The notes beneath the pieces were generated by a model. That model did no database searches. It worked only from the letters and a program-made list of their open reading frames with translations, and was not told the DNA's origin. DNA of 64,000 bases from an uncultured Alphaproteobacteria bacterium (lineage in GTDB: Bacteria > Pseudomonadota > Alphaproteobacteria > Rhizobiales > Xanthobacteraceae). The stretch is taken from NCBI GenBank assembly GCA_963833665.1, contig CAWHZA010000062.1:5782-69781 (forward strand), given 5' to 3'. Of the stretch, positions 37,039-47,894 are shown piece after piece (the first letter of the stretch is position 1; each line of letters begins with the position of its first letter). The translations under genes and the position numbers were made by a program.

Positions 37039-38286
37039 TCATGGGCGCGGATAGATGGGCTTTCCGGTCGCGACCGCGTGCGGCCATACCGTCACGATTT
37101 TCAGGTGATCGTGGTCGTCGACGACGAGCTGCCCCAGCGGAGTGATTTCGCCGATCTGGGCGCCGGTCGGATCGAGCTCGAACGTGCCGTCGAGCGTCTT
37201 GAGGTTGCCCGAAAGGCTGAACATCGCCCGGCGCAGTTCGAGCTGCTCGAGGCTCGTCGCCGTCGCCAGCGTCTTTTCCAGCACCAGCCCGGTGGTGTAG
37301 CCGGCCACCGAATTGAAGCCGAACTCGACCTGGGCGTTGGCGTACTTCTTGTGCCATTCGGCGCTGTATTCCTTCAGCGACATGCCGAAATTGGTCTCGT
37401 AGGCGATCTGCGAGGATGGAACGTAGGTGAACACGTAGTTCAGGGCCTTGCTGCCGAGGTTCTTCTCCAGCAGCTCGGTTTCGATACCCGGGTAGACGCA
37501 GAACAGGAGCTTGAACTTGACGCCGCTGTCCTGGACGTTGCGCAGGAAGGCGATGTCGTTCGGCGCGTAGCCCAGGTGGAGGACGGCGTCGGGATTCGCG
37601 GCGCGGATATTGTTGAGCAACACGGTGTAGTTCGAGGTTTCGGTCGGGACGCCCTGGTCGAAAACGATTTCCACGCCGGAATTCGACTCCTTGATGAACT
37701 TACGCACCGCGCTCGCCTGCGTGCCGGTAAAATCGTTGGTGGCGTAGAGCACGGCGACGCGCTTGATCCCGAGCGGCGGTCCGTCCTGGGTGAGAAAATC
37801 GGCAAGCGGCTTCGGCCAGATGCTGGAGACCGGATCGGCGATCAGCGCGATGTAGGGATTGTCGGCCGTGAAAAAGTTTGCGCCGGTGCCGGTCTGATCG
37901 ATCAAAAACATCTTGTGGTCGCGCGCGATCGGCACGGCGACCGAGGTCAGCACCGACCCCGAATCCGAGATCAGGATGTCGACCTTGTCCTGGGTGATGA
38001 GCTGATTGTAGAGCGTCGCCGCGGTCGCGGTGCTGCTCTGATCGTCATAGGCGACCAGCTTGAGCGGAATTTTCTTGTCGAATGCCTTCACGTAGACGCC
38101 GCCCTCGGCGTTTTTCCGCTCCATCCACAGCTTGAGCCCGTAATGGACGGGCATCGAAATGCTGGCAAAGCGGCCGGAGGAAGCGTACAGCGTCCCGAGC
38201 TTGATCTCCGCCGGCGCGTCCGCCGCGAGCGCGGCCGCGGTGGTCAGCAACGTCATCAGCGCCGCAGAAAACCAACGCCGGACCAT
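37039..38286 (-). CDS. ABC transporter substrate-binding protein (Leu/Ile/Val-binding family)
   Basis: ATG at 38286 gives MVRRWFSAALMTLLTTAAALA (signal peptide), then EIKLGTLYASSGRFASISMP... The longer 606-aa ORF upstream is Arg-rich non-protein-like sequence. Confidence 0.85.
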   Translation of the reverse strand: MVRRWFSAALMTLLTTAAALAADAPAEIKLGTLYASSGRFASISMPVHYGLKLWMERKNAEGGVYVKAFDKKIPLKLVAYDDQSSTATAATLYNQLITQDKVDILISDSGSVLTSVAVPIARDHKMFLIDQTGTGANFFTADNPYIALIADPVSSIWPKPLADFLTQDGPPLGIKRVAVLYATNDFTGTQASAVRKFIKESNSGVEIVFDQGVPTETSNYTVLLNNIRAANPDAVLHLGYAPNDIAFLRNVQDSGVKFKLLFCVYPGIETELLEKNLGSKALNYVFTYVPSSQIAYETNFGMSLKEYSAEWHKKYANAQVEFGFNSVAGYTTGLVLEKTLATATSLEQLELRRAMFSLSGNLKTLDGTFELDPTGAQIGEITPLGQLVVDDHDHLKIVTVWPHAVATGKPIYPRP

Positions 38287-38330
38287 GCGCGCTCTCCCCA
38301 ATCGTTCGTGTTCGTCGTCGCGCCGCGAAA

Positions 38331-39632
38331 CTATGGCATCGAACTTTTCCCGGCAACCGGCTCCAGCGCCGCGGCGCCGGCTTCGGCGACCAACCCGCCG
38401 TCGACCGTGGCACCGCTCTCGAGGAGCGCGCCAATCTCCGCAGCCGGCACGCCCGCTTCCTTGAGCACGGCAACGCTGTGCTCGCCGATGCGCGGCGCAT
38501 GCCGCGTGATTTTCAGAGCGGCGCCGTTCCATCGGCTGGGGATGCCGTTGTAGCGGATCTGCCCCTCGGTCGGATGCGTTCTGGTCTGGAAGAACTCGAC
38601 CGCAGCGAGATGCGGGTCGTCGATCAATGCGTCGAGGTCGTTCATCGGCGCGCAGGGAATATCGCAACGCTCGAAGAGTGAGAGCGCCTCCACCGTCGTC
38701 AGCGTGCGCAAGACGTCCGCGATGATGCCTTGCACTTCGCTGAAGTGGTGCCGCCGCGAAGCAAAATCCATCAAATGCGGATAAGCGGCGTACAGATCGA
38801 GACGGCCGAGGCCCTCGAAGAACGCTTTCCACTGCTTGTCGGTGTAGACCAGCGCGCACACATAGCCGTCACCCGTGGCGTAGGGCCGGCGGCTCCCGCT
38901 CGCCAGCCGGGGGTTGCCGGCGTCGCCGGTCGGCGGCTCGAACGAGCGGCCGCCGAGGTGATCGCCGAGCACGAATTGCGCCATGGTCTCGAACATCGGC
39001 AACTCGACGCATTGACCTTCGCCGGTGCGGTCGCGGCGCAGAACGGCCGCGAGGATGGCGTGCGCGGCATTGATCCCGACGATGCGATCGACCACCGTCA
39101 TCGGCACGTAGCGCGGCTCGCATTCGGCCGCCCGCGCGACCAGCGCCGGGAGCGCGCAGAAGCCCTGGATGAGATCGTCATAGGCGGGCTTGCCGGCGTA
39201 GGGCCCGCTCTCGCCGTACCCCATCACGCCGACATAGACGAGCCGCGGATTGACCTTGCGCACATCCTCGTAACTGAGCGCGAGGCGGCGCATCGCCGCC
39301 GGACGGATATTGTGGACGAGGACATCGGCCGTCGCGCACAGTTGCAACAGCGCCTTGCGCGCCGCCGGCTGCTTGAGGTCAAGAGCGAGGCTGCGCTTGT
39401 TGCGATTGAGCTGCAGGTAGAGCGGCCCCATGTCGGCGCTTCGAGCCGCGCCGATGCCCCTGCGCATCAGATCGCCTTCCGGCGGCTCGATCTTGATCAC
39501 GTCGGCGCCGTAGTCGGCGAGTATCTGCGCGGCGTGCGGGCCGGCGATCATCGAGGAGAGGTCGAGAACGCGCAGCCCCTGCAGCGGGGCTTGGTTGTTT
39601 TGCGAAGGCTCAGTCGACGACATGGGCATCAT
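38331..39632 (-). CDS. CoA transferase, family III (CaiB/BaiF type)
   Basis: LQGLRVLDLSSMIAGPHAAQILADYGADVIKIEPPEGD... and DVLVHNIRPAAMRRLALSYEDV. The start is chosen among three clustered ATGs (39632/39629/39623). Confidence 0.85.
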   Translation of the reverse strand: MMPMSSTEPSQNNQAPLQGLRVLDLSSMIAGPHAAQILADYGADVIKIEPPEGDLMRRGIGAARSADMGPLYLQLNRNKRSLALDLKQPAARKALLQLCATADVLVHNIRPAAMRRLALSYEDVRKVNPRLVYVGVMGYGESGPYAGKPAYDDLIQGFCALPALVARAAECEPRYVPMTVVDRIVGINAAHAILAAVLRRDRTGEGQCVELPMFETMAQFVLGDHLGGRSFEPPTGDAGNPRLASGSRRPYATGDGYVCALVYTDKQWKAFFEGLGRLDLYAAYPHLMDFASRRHHFSEVQGIIADVLRTLTTVEALSLFERCDIPCAPMNDLDALIDDPHLAAVEFFQTRTHPTEGQIRYNGIPSRWNGAALKITRHAPRIGEHSVAVLKEAGVPAAEIGALLESGATVDGGLVAEAGAAALEPVAGKSSMP

Positions 39633-39730
39633 CTGCTCGCTGGTACTGGTGTTTCCGCCGCATCCTCGATGATGCTTCCGCAATCCCGTCGATGAGGGCC
39701 GATGTTGCGAAACGCACTCCGTCCAATCCA

Positions 39731-42700
39731 TCAAACGCCGGTGATGTTTGCAACCTCCGCAAGGGATGCTTCGGCACGGCGTTCGAAGATCACGGCGCCC
39801 TGCTGCCGGGCAACGTCGCGGGCCGTCGCGAATGCCTGCCTCGCCTCTTCCTTTCGGTCGCGGCCGAGCGCGAGCAGGCATTCGCCGCGCAGGCGGTAGA
39901 TTTCCGGCAGATAAAAGCCCACGCCGGGTTCATCCCCCGTGGCGATGGCGCGGTCAAGGTGAGCGAGACCGTCGGCGGGCCGGCCCGCAGCGAGCAGTAC
40001 CTCGGCCGCCAGACCGAGATAATATTGCGGCACTGGCCCAGCGGCCGTGGCCTTGTCGATTTCGGCGTCGATGAGCTGGGCTGCCTCCTCCACACCGACT
40101 ACCGCCGTCGCCCAACCCTTCACCACCAAGCTGCTAGCGCGCCACGGCGAGAGCGCAAATTTCTCGGCCAGGTCTGCGGCGCGTTGCGCGGCCGCGAGGG
40201 CAGCCTCACGCTCGCCGCCGAGTTGGTGAGCCATGCACGCATTGTGAAGCGCATGGCCGAGAGTATTGGGATGACCGAGCGTCTCGGCGAGCGCAACTCC
40301 TTGCCTAGCGCTCGCCTTCGCCCCCAGCGCGTCGCCGGACAATTGCAGTGCGTTCGCGCGTACCACGTGGGCGCAGACGCCAGGGTCGTGACCGCCGAAG
40401 GCATGACCAAGGTGACGGTGGCGCGCAAGATCATAGGTTTCGACCCCGACCAGGGTATTGTCCAAAGCCTCGGCGACATCGCCACGGAAAAAGGCCGTCG
40501 ACCAGCGGCAATGATAAGCCTCCAGCAACAGCTCGCCGTCGCTGGAGCGCTGCGCGAGCGTCACCAGTTCGCGCGCTCGCTCACGTCCGAGCGCTGTCTT
40601 TCTTTTGATGGTGGCGTTGAGCCAGAGGCCCCATTTGGCCTTAAACGTAGCTGCGTCGTCGCCTAACCCAATGCCCAAGTCGGCGGCGCGGCGGTAGGCG
40701 TCCTCGACTTCGGCGCTCTGCATCCCACGGACGACCATCAGCGCCGGGCCGAGCTTCAGCAAGAAATCAAGCTGACGGCGCGCCTGATCGGCAGGGTCCG
40801 GCAGCGCATCGGCCAATCTGAGACCAGCCGAAAAATGCGCAACTTCTTCTTGATACGCCGATCGGCTCACGGCGCGGTCACCGGCGCGCATGCGATAGTC
40901 ACAGGCCTGCGCGAGCGATCCGCCCTCGGCGAAATGGTAGGCGAGGAGCTCCGGCTCGTTGGCCACCAGTTCGGGGAAGCCTTGTTCGAGCGCACGCGCA
41001 ATGCGCTCATGCCACTCGCGCCGGCGGCCCAACAGCAGACTCTCGTAGGCGGCGTCCCGCACCAGCGCGTGCTTGAAGCTGTAGCTGCGTTCCAGGCCGC
41101 GCCCTTCAGGAAAGACGATGCCCGCCGCGACCAGCTTGTCGAGCGCGGCGTCGAGCGCTGCACCGTCCCTGGCGGCGATCGCGACAAGCAGCGCGAAGGC
41201 GAATTGCCGGCCGATAACCGCGGCGATCTGCGCCACCTCGCGCGCCTCGTCGAGGCGGTCGAGCCGGGCCATCAATGAATCCTTGAGCGTCGCCGGCACC
41301 GCCGCGCTGTCCTCGCCCGCCGATTCCACCACGCTCTTGGTCAATTCCTCGACGAAGAGTGGCACGCCATCGGTCTTGGCCACGATCGCCGCGACCGTTT
41401 CCGCCTGCAAGCCGTGCGCGGCGGCGACGTTGGCGACCAGCCGGGCGCATTCGGCGCGGCTCAGGCGATTCAAGGTCAGAAGGGTGGCGTGCGGACGCGT
41501 GAGCCAGGGTGGCGCGAAATCCGGCCGCGCGCTCACGAGGGCAAGCAGGTGCGCGTGGCCAAGGCTGTCGGCCAAGCGCGTCATCAATTCGAGCATGGTG
41601 GGATCGATCCAGTGCGCGTCCTCCAGCACCACCAAGACCGGATCGCTCTCGCCCAAACGGACGATCTCGTCGACAAGGAGCGCGATGGTCGCCGCCTTGC
41701 GTTGCGCCGGAGTGAGCGACAATTGCGCCAGCGAGGCCCCCGCCGGAATCGACAGGAGCTCAGCCAGCAATGGGACCGCGGCTTCGTCCGACGCGGCCCG
41801 CCGGGCGAACATGACCCGGAGCTTGTCGATGCGGGCGTCTGCAGAGTCCGCTGGCGCAAATCCGGCAGCGCGAGAGAGATGCTGGATGACCGGATAGAGC
41901 GCGCTGTCGCGGTGATACGGCGAGCACTGCAGGTGAATCCGGGTGTGAGGCTCATGGGCGACATCTTCCTGCAACGCCTCGATCGCGCGCGATTTGCCGA
42001 TACCAGCCTCGCCGACCACGGTGACGATCTGACCCTCGCCCGAGCGGGCGAGACGCCAGCGCTCGAGCATCAGCCCCATTTCGTGCGCCCGGCCGACGAG
42101 CGGCAGCGTACCGGTGCGGATCGCGGCGAAGCGGCTCTCGACCGCCGCTTCGCCGAGCACGCGCCAAGCGGGCACGGGGTGGGCAAATCCTTTGAGTTCG
42201 TGCGTGCCGGTGGATTCAAGGTGGAACAATCCGCCGAGCAGACTCTGCGTCGCCTCGCTGATGAGAATCGTGTCGGGCTCGGCGAGCGCCTGAAGCCGCG
42301 CAGCAAGATTAGGCGTGTCGCCGACGATGGTACGCTCCTGCGCGCTGCCGAAGCCGACGATCTCGCCGACCACGACCAAACCGGTCGCGATCTCGATCCG
42401 GGCCCGCGCCCCGTGAACCGTCCGGCAGCTCGATGCCGCCGACTTCGGCGAGGATGTTGATTGCTGCGCGAACGGCGCGTTCCGCGGCATCCTCGAAGGC
42501 GCGCGGAAAACCGAAATAGGCCAGGACCCCGTCGCCCATGAACTTGGCGACGAACCCGCCGAAGCGGCCGATCGCGCCGGCGGCGGCATCCTGATAGCGG
42601 CGGATCACGCCGCCAAGGAGTTCGGGATCGATCGCGTTCGACAGCGCCGTCGAACCGACCATGTCGCAGAACAGCACCGTGACCTGGCGACGCTCGGCCT

Positions 42701-42926
42701 CTGCCGCGACCTGCGCGGGCGATTCCTGCTGCGGACTTGCCGCTTCGGCCGCGCGCCCGGCGACGGCCTTCAAGAGCCGCCGGCGATTGCCCAGGGAAAG
42801 GCCGAGCTGTTCGAGATCGCGCTCGCTGAGTTCCGGCAGGATATCCATGCCGATGTCGTTCGCTTCGAACGCGTCCGCGTATTGCTCGAGATTGTGCCTG
42901 CGCAACCACTCGCGAAGTTCGCTCAT
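39731..42926 (-). pseudogene. SAM domain - class III adenylate/guanylate cyclase - P-loop ATPase - TPR signalling protein, one frameshift
   Basis: N-terminal SAM (LREWLRRHNLEQYADAFEANDIGMDILPELSERDLEQLGL), then cyclase (VTVLFCDMVGSTAL...FMGDGVLAYFGFP). The frame breaks near 42425 (…IELPDG / HGARARIEIATGLVVVGE…), followed by GEAGIGKSR and long TPR-like helical repeats. Confidence 0.8.
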
Positions 42927-43029
42927 GCCGTGAAATTCCTCGGCCGCGCCGGCGCACCCGCTGCGCGAAACACATCAGCGGGGGCCCATCGTCTGGCGCG
43001 CGGCGAACCTCGGCTCGCGTGTCTCCGCG

Positions 43030-44439
43030 TCATTCCCGCAACGTGCCGCGCAGCGGCCAATGACAGGCGAAGATCGCCGCGCCGGCGATCGCGGCAATGG
43101 CGGCGACGACCAGGAAGAACACCGGCTTGTCGGTCTGGCTCCAGAAGCTGCCGATAAAGCCGGCAAGGAAATTGCCGACAAAACTCGTCGCCAGCCAAAC
43201 GCCCATCATCATCGACAGGATGCGGCCGGGAGCGACCTTGGTGACGAGCGATAGCCCGACCGGCGAGAGATAAAGTTCGCCGATAGTGATGACGACAAAA
43301 TACCCGAACAGCCAGAGCCAGCTCGCCTTGCCGCCGTCGGCGTGGAAGGCCGCCAGCGCCATGACGAGGTTTGCCGCGGTGACGCCGCAGCAGCCGAGCG
43401 CCATCTTGGTCAAGGTCGATGGCTCGGTTCCCCGCGCCGCCTGCCGCTTCCACAACGCGACCACGAACGGCGTAAACGCGAAGATCATGAAGGGATTGAA
43501 GGCCTGGAACCAGGTCGTCGGTATTTCGGCAGTCCACGCGAGGAAATCGACCGTCCGGTCGGTGTTGGCATCGGCCCATAATGCGATCGTGTTGCCCTGC
43601 TGCTCGTACGTCGCCCAGAACAGCGTATTGGGCAGGAACAGCACAAGCAACGCGACGACGGCGCGCCATTCGTCGCGGTCGAGCGGCTTTCGCTCGACGC
43701 GCCCTGCCTTCGCCTTCTGCAGCTCGTCGGGCGGCAGGAGCGGCATGGCGTAGAGATAGATGGCGAGCCCGGCCAGCATGCCGACGCCGGCCGCGGCAAA
43801 ACCGTAGTGCCAGCCGAGCATTTCGCCAAGCGTGCCGCAGACCAGCGGCGCCAGGAACGCGCCGACATTGATGCCGACATAGAAGATGGAGAAGGCGCGG
43901 TCGCGCCGCGGATCACCGGGCGCGTAGAGCCCGCCGACCTGGGTGGAGATGTTCGGCTTGAAGGCGCCGTTGCCGAGGATCAGCGCGCCGAGTGCAAACA
44001 GGAACAGCTGCTCGACCGCCATCAAGAAATGGCCGATCGCCATGAGGATTGCGCCGAGTATTACGGTGCGGCGCTGTCCCAGGACGCGATCGGCGAGGAG
44101 ACCGCCGAAAATCGGCGTCAGATAGACGAGCGCCGTGTAGAGCCCGTAGATCTGCGAAGACAAGGGCTGCAGGTCGAGCCGACCGAATGCTGCTTCGAGC
44201 GCGCTCCTGACGCCCGCGAGGCCGAGCACGTTCCCGGCCTGCTCGGGCGCGAGCAGATGCTTCGTCATATAGAGAACGAGCAGCGCGCGCATCCCATAGT
44301 AGGAGAAGCGCTCCCACATCTCGGTGGTGAACAGGAAGGCAAGGCCCCGCGGGTGACCGAACAGGACCGCCTCGGCGGCGCCCGGTCGTTGAAGGGAGAG
44401 CTGCGCAGCGTGTTCAGCCAAGACGGCCGCCTCCGCCAT
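43030..44439 (-). CDS. POT/PTR2 family di-/tripeptide:proton symporter
   Basis: GHPRGLAFLFTTEMWERFSYYGMRALLVLYM signature and about 14 TM segments. The start is uncertain (44439 or 44520). Confidence 0.85.
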   Translation of the reverse strand: MAEAAVLAEHAAQLSLQRPGAAEAVLFGHPRGLAFLFTTEMWERFSYYGMRALLVLYMTKHLLAPEQAGNVLGLAGVRSALEAAFGRLDLQPLSSQIYGLYTALVYLTPIFGGLLADRVLGQRRTVILGAILMAIGHFLMAVEQLFLFALGALILGNGAFKPNISTQVGGLYAPGDPRRDRAFSIFYVGINVGAFLAPLVCGTLGEMLGWHYGFAAAGVGMLAGLAIYLYAMPLLPPDELQKAKAGRVERKPLDRDEWRAVVALLVLFLPNTLFWATYEQQGNTIALWADANTDRTVDFLAWTAEIPTTWFQAFNPFMIFAFTPFVVALWKRQAARGTEPSTLTKMALGCCGVTAANLVMALAAFHADGGKASWLWLFGYFVVITIGELYLSPVGLSLVTKVAPGRILSMMMGVWLATSFVGNFLAGFIGSFWSQTDKPVFFLVVAAIAAIAGAAIFACHWPLRGTLRE

Positions 44440-44754
44440 TCTCAGTGCCGGCAAACGTATCATACCGAACCCGTCAAATGACCGCTTAGGCGCGGCGATT
44501 GTGCACGGGACCGCAGTCAAAGCATGTCGGCGGCAACGCGCTCAAGCGGGCCGCCGATTCGAGGGCGCCGGCTAGGTGCTCATGGAAGGGATCGTGTTCG
44601 ATGCCGGCGGGCAAGCCGCTCACCGGCAGCTTTCAGGATTACGCGATGCCCCGCGCGGACGACTTTCCCGCGCTCGTTTCGCCCCCGCGCAACGAAAGCG
44701 GCGGCGGAATAGTCCTGTCCTATAAAACGGAACGCAGCCACCGGTCCGTGTTGC

Positions 44755-46362
44755 TTATTCCGCCGGCGTCGCCAAAGCCCCTTCAGGGATCGCCTCGTGC
44801 GGAGCTGAGCGGTCCAGTGCGCTCGCCGGCGCACGGCTCAACACCCAGAAGAACGCAGCCACGATCACGTAGGCGACCGCGACCGTCGGTGTCACCGCGA
44901 AGCCGACGGATTCGCCATGCATGAAGCCGAAGAAGGTGAGCACGGCCCCGGCGAAGGCGAAAGCGGAGGCCTCAATGAATTTCTTGTCGATCACGAAGGC
45001 GGCGATGGCCCCGAGAATGAGTCCGGCGAGGATCGAGCCGCCGCCGAGAACCGAGAGTCCCTGGTAAAGCACGCCGACCCCGGCGAGCTTGGCCATGCCG
45101 ATCGCCGCAGCCGTGGTGCCGGCGGCGGCCAGTGCGCCGTCCATCAACGTCTTGCACCAACCGGCAAGATGCGGCGCCAGCGACAGCACGATCGCGGGCG
45201 CGTGGGTGTTCGGCGTGCTTTGGAATGCCTGCGCGCCGATCAGCATGCCGATATATAAAAGGATCGGAGAGATCGCCACCACCGGTATGATCGCGAGCAT
45301 CAGCGAGATGACGCCGAACCACGACAGGATGATCACCATGATGCCGGTCGCGGCCGAGTAGCCGATGCGGCCGCCCATCGCCTTCCAGCCGGGATGGCCG
45401 ATGTAGACGGCGTTGATGAAAGGGTTGCCCATCAGGCAGCCGATCAGGCTGACGACGCCGTCGGCGGTGAGCACGCGCGTCGTCGGATAGGAATCGCCAG
45501 CGGCTTCCGCGCTCTCCACATTGTCCATCGCCTCGACGAGGTCGTAGATGCCGAACGGGATCGCGGTGACCAGAATCACGCCGAGATATTGAAAGCCGGA
45601 GAAGACGTGATCGATCGCGGGAAGCGGTACCGAGAACCCGAAGTTCGTGAAAGCATCGCCGATGCCCTTCACGCTCAACCCGCCATAGTCCAGACCGAAA
45701 AGATTAGACCCCCAGCCGATGATCATTCCGACCGCAATCGCCACCAAGCCGGCCGGGATGCCCTTCGGGTATCTGAAGCCGCCGAACCAACTCACCATGA
45801 TGACGGCGAAGCAGGTCAGGCCGATCACCGGCGTCATGTACATTTCCAACGCCGGACGCATGGAAATGAAAGTGATCGATACGCCGGCCAGCGTGCCGAG
45901 CAGCGCGGCGCGCGGCGTGATCCGGCGAATAAAGGGAGCGATGAAGCCGCCGGCCATCAGGATGAAGCTCTGAAAAAAGACCCACGTCAGTCCGGCTTCC
46001 CAGCCCTTGATCGGATCGTTGGTCTTCAGCGCGATCGGCAGCATGATCACGAAGGTGACAATGAACATGTGGGGTACGCTCACGCCCGAAGGCAGCGCAC
46101 AGACGTCGTTTCGTCCCGTCTTTTGCGCCAGCCGGTACGCGAGGAAGGCGTAGTACATCGTCGACAGGCACAACATCAGGCCGAGCGCCGGCAAGATGCG
46201 GCCGAAAACGATGGAATCGGGCATCTTCACTACGAACCGCAACAGGCCGGTGAGAACCAGCATGTTGACCAGGATGTTGGTGCCGAAGCCGAAGAAGGCA
46301 TTCCAGTCGCCGCTCGTCCACACGGGCGGGCTGTACGCCGCTGTCGCTGTCCTGGTCGTCAT
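44755..46362 (-). CDS. NCS2-superfamily permease (AzgA-like xanthine/uracil/vitamin C permease family)
   Basis: 535-aa polytopic ORF: NAFFGFGTNILVNMLVL..., AIPFGIYDLVEAMDNVESAEAAGDSY. Same strand as the cysteine hydrolase and downstream of it. Confidence 0.7.
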   Translation of the reverse strand: MTTRTATAAYSPPVWTSGDWNAFFGFGTNILVNMLVLTGLLRFVVKMPDSIVFGRILPALGLMLCLSTMYYAFLAYRLAQKTGRNDVCALPSGVSVPHMFIVTFVIMLPIALKTNDPIKGWEAGLTWVFFQSFILMAGGFIAPFIRRITPRAALLGTLAGVSITFISMRPALEMYMTPVIGLTCFAVIMVSWFGGFRYPKGIPAGLVAIAVGMIIGWGSNLFGLDYGGLSVKGIGDAFTNFGFSVPLPAIDHVFSGFQYLGVILVTAIPFGIYDLVEAMDNVESAEAAGDSYPTTRVLTADGVVSLIGCLMGNPFINAVYIGHPGWKAMGGRIGYSAATGIMVIILSWFGVISLMLAIIPVVAISPILLYIGMLIGAQAFQSTPNTHAPAIVLSLAPHLAGWCKTLMDGALAAAGTTAAAIGMAKLAGVGVLYQGLSVLGGGSILAGLILGAIAAFVIDKKFIEASAFAFAGAVLTFFGFMHGESVGFAVTPTVAVAYVIVAAFFWVLSRAPASALDRSAPHEAIPEGALATPAE

Positions 46363-46769
46363 CGCGAGCTCCTTTTCGTGGCGGACTCGGTAGGGCGCGA
46401 CGCGGTGCCTACAGGCTGGTCACCCGCCGCCTCTTCGACAAGCACAAATCCGTGCCTTGGAGATTCCAAGCCCGCGCCGATCACGCGGCAATCGTGACGA
46501 TTGCCAACACGAGCTTCGCAAGGTGCATGCCAGACGGCACTTGCTGCGCGCCTCGAGGACGCTCAAAATGATGAAGACGATGAATTAGCAATAGAATCAG
46601 ATTAGATCAGCGCCGTAGCGTGTCTTAGCAACTGGATTTCTTCGACGACGTCGACTGCCCTGCAGCGATCAAACAATGGTCATTTGCTGTCATAAAAACA
46701 GCAAGCGGCGCACCGCACAGATTGGAATTCGTTTCCGCGTTCTCAGCCAAAATCCGCAGCGCGCTGCGA

Positions 46770-47447
46770 TCAGGGCAGCGCTGCCAGCGAATTGAGCAGC
46801 GGCTGCGACGCCGCGACGGAGCCGAAAATGCCGCCTTGGGCCTTGATCATGGCGAGGCCGGCCTCGTGGAATTGCGGGAAATAGGAAGCGCAGCAATCGG
46901 ACAGCACGACGCAGCGGAAGCCGCGGTCATTGGCCTCGCGCACCGTCGTGTTCACGCAGACTTCCGTGGTGACGCCGCAGACGAACAGCGTATCGATGCC
47001 GCGGTTGCGCAGCATCAGCTCGAGGTCGGTCTGATAGAACGCACCCTTGCCCGGCTTGTCGATCACCGGCTCGTCCTTGAGCGGATAGAGTTCGGGGATG
47101 ATGTCGTGACCAGGCTCGCCGCGCACCAGAATCCGCCCCATCGGCCCGCGCGCACCGATGCGGTTCGCCGGATCGCCACGCTCGACCTTGTGCCGCGGCG
47201 CATCAGAGAGATCGGGCCGATGCCCTTCGCGCGTGTGAATGATCAGCATGCCGCCGCGGCGCGCGGCGCCGAGTACCTGCCGAGAGGGACCGACGGCCGC
47301 CTGCAGGCGCGACACGTCATTGCCGAGCGCGGCCCCAAAGCCGCCGGGCTCGAGGAAGTCGCGCTGCATGTCGATGATCAGCAAGGCGGCGCGGTCGAGT
47401 TCGACCGAAAGCGGGGCCGGTTCCGCTTCGAAAGTGATGTTCGGCAT
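46770..47447 (-). CDS. cysteine hydrolase (isochorismatase-like family; biuret-hydrolase-type is one possibility)
   Basis: ATG at 47447 after GGGGGGA. AALLIIDMQRDFLEPGG..., KPGKGAFYQTDLELMLRNRGIDTLFVCGVTTEVCVNTTVREANDRGF. Confidence 0.8.
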   Translation of the reverse strand: MPNITFEAEPAPLSVELDRAALLIIDMQRDFLEPGGFGAALGNDVSRLQAAVGPSRQVLGAARRGGMLIIHTREGHRPDLSDAPRHKVERGDPANRIGARGPMGRILVRGEPGHDIIPELYPLKDEPVIDKPGKGAFYQTDLELMLRNRGIDTLFVCGVTTEVCVNTTVREANDRGFRCVVLSDCCASYFPQFHEAGLAMIKAQGGIFGSVAASQPLLNSLAALP

Positions 47448-47642
47448 TGCTTCCCCCCAAGCCCAACCGGAAACGGCCTGCAAAAACAGGGCCAGCATAG
47501 CAGTGAAGCCTGCGTCGCGAGCGGCGCGCGCATCCGCGGTGCTTGTCGCTGGTCTTGTCCGGGGGGTCTTGGCACTCGTCCAAGCGCGTGCAACAATCAC
47601 ACAACATCAAGGGCTTAGGCGCGGTTGGGAGACGTTCACGGC
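47448..47642. promoter_or_regulatory. divergent intergenic region between the hydrolase-permease and atzG/E/H-like operons
   Basis: 195-bp gap between divergent starts. Promoters are inferred from the arrangement only; no motif was identified. Confidence 0.3.
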
Positions 47643-47894
47643 ATGAAGCGAAGATCGAATACCGCGCGCAAGGCGAGGCCGCCGGCGCGCTCGGCAAGCT
47701 CAGCGAAGCGGGGCAAGCCCGACGCAATCGACGCCCTGGTCACGGCCAGTGCGCAGGCGCTTGCATTGCCGATCGACCCGGCTTGGCGCGGCGGCGTCCG
47801 GTTCAACCTCCAATTGCTATTGATGGTGGCAGGGCGGGTGGACGAGTTTCCATTGCCCGACGACGCCGAGCCCGCCCCGGTGTTCCATGCATGA
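47643..47894 (+). CDS. AtzG-like small protein (DUF4089)
   Basis: ...[56 protein letters not shown] matches the DUF4089/AtzG pattern. The stop overlaps the amidase start. Confidence 0.75.
   Translation: MKRRSNTARKARPPARSASSAKRGKPDAIDALVTASAQALALPIDPAWRGGVRFNLQLLLMVAGRVDEFPLPDDAEPAPVFHA

Noticed and set aside
37018-38553. 511-aa plus-strand ORF
   Set aside because: It is antisense to a well-supported substrate-binding protein gene (37039-38286, minus) and has no recognisable motifs.
38287-38859. Upstream 191 codons of the 606-aa ORF 37039-38859
   Set aside because: The extension is Arg-rich and not protein-like. A signal peptide starts at the internal ATG 38286, and the region overlaps the 3' end of the CoA-transferase gene in another frame.
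39692-42460. Several plus-strand ORFs (39692-40666, 41118-41897, 41414-42460) of 259-348 aa
   Set aside because: All are antisense to the cyclase-ATPase-TPR gene, whose reverse-strand translation has clear domain motifs.
45394-46497. 367-aa plus-strand ORF
   Set aside because: It is antisense to the NCS2-type permease and has charged low-complexity composition.
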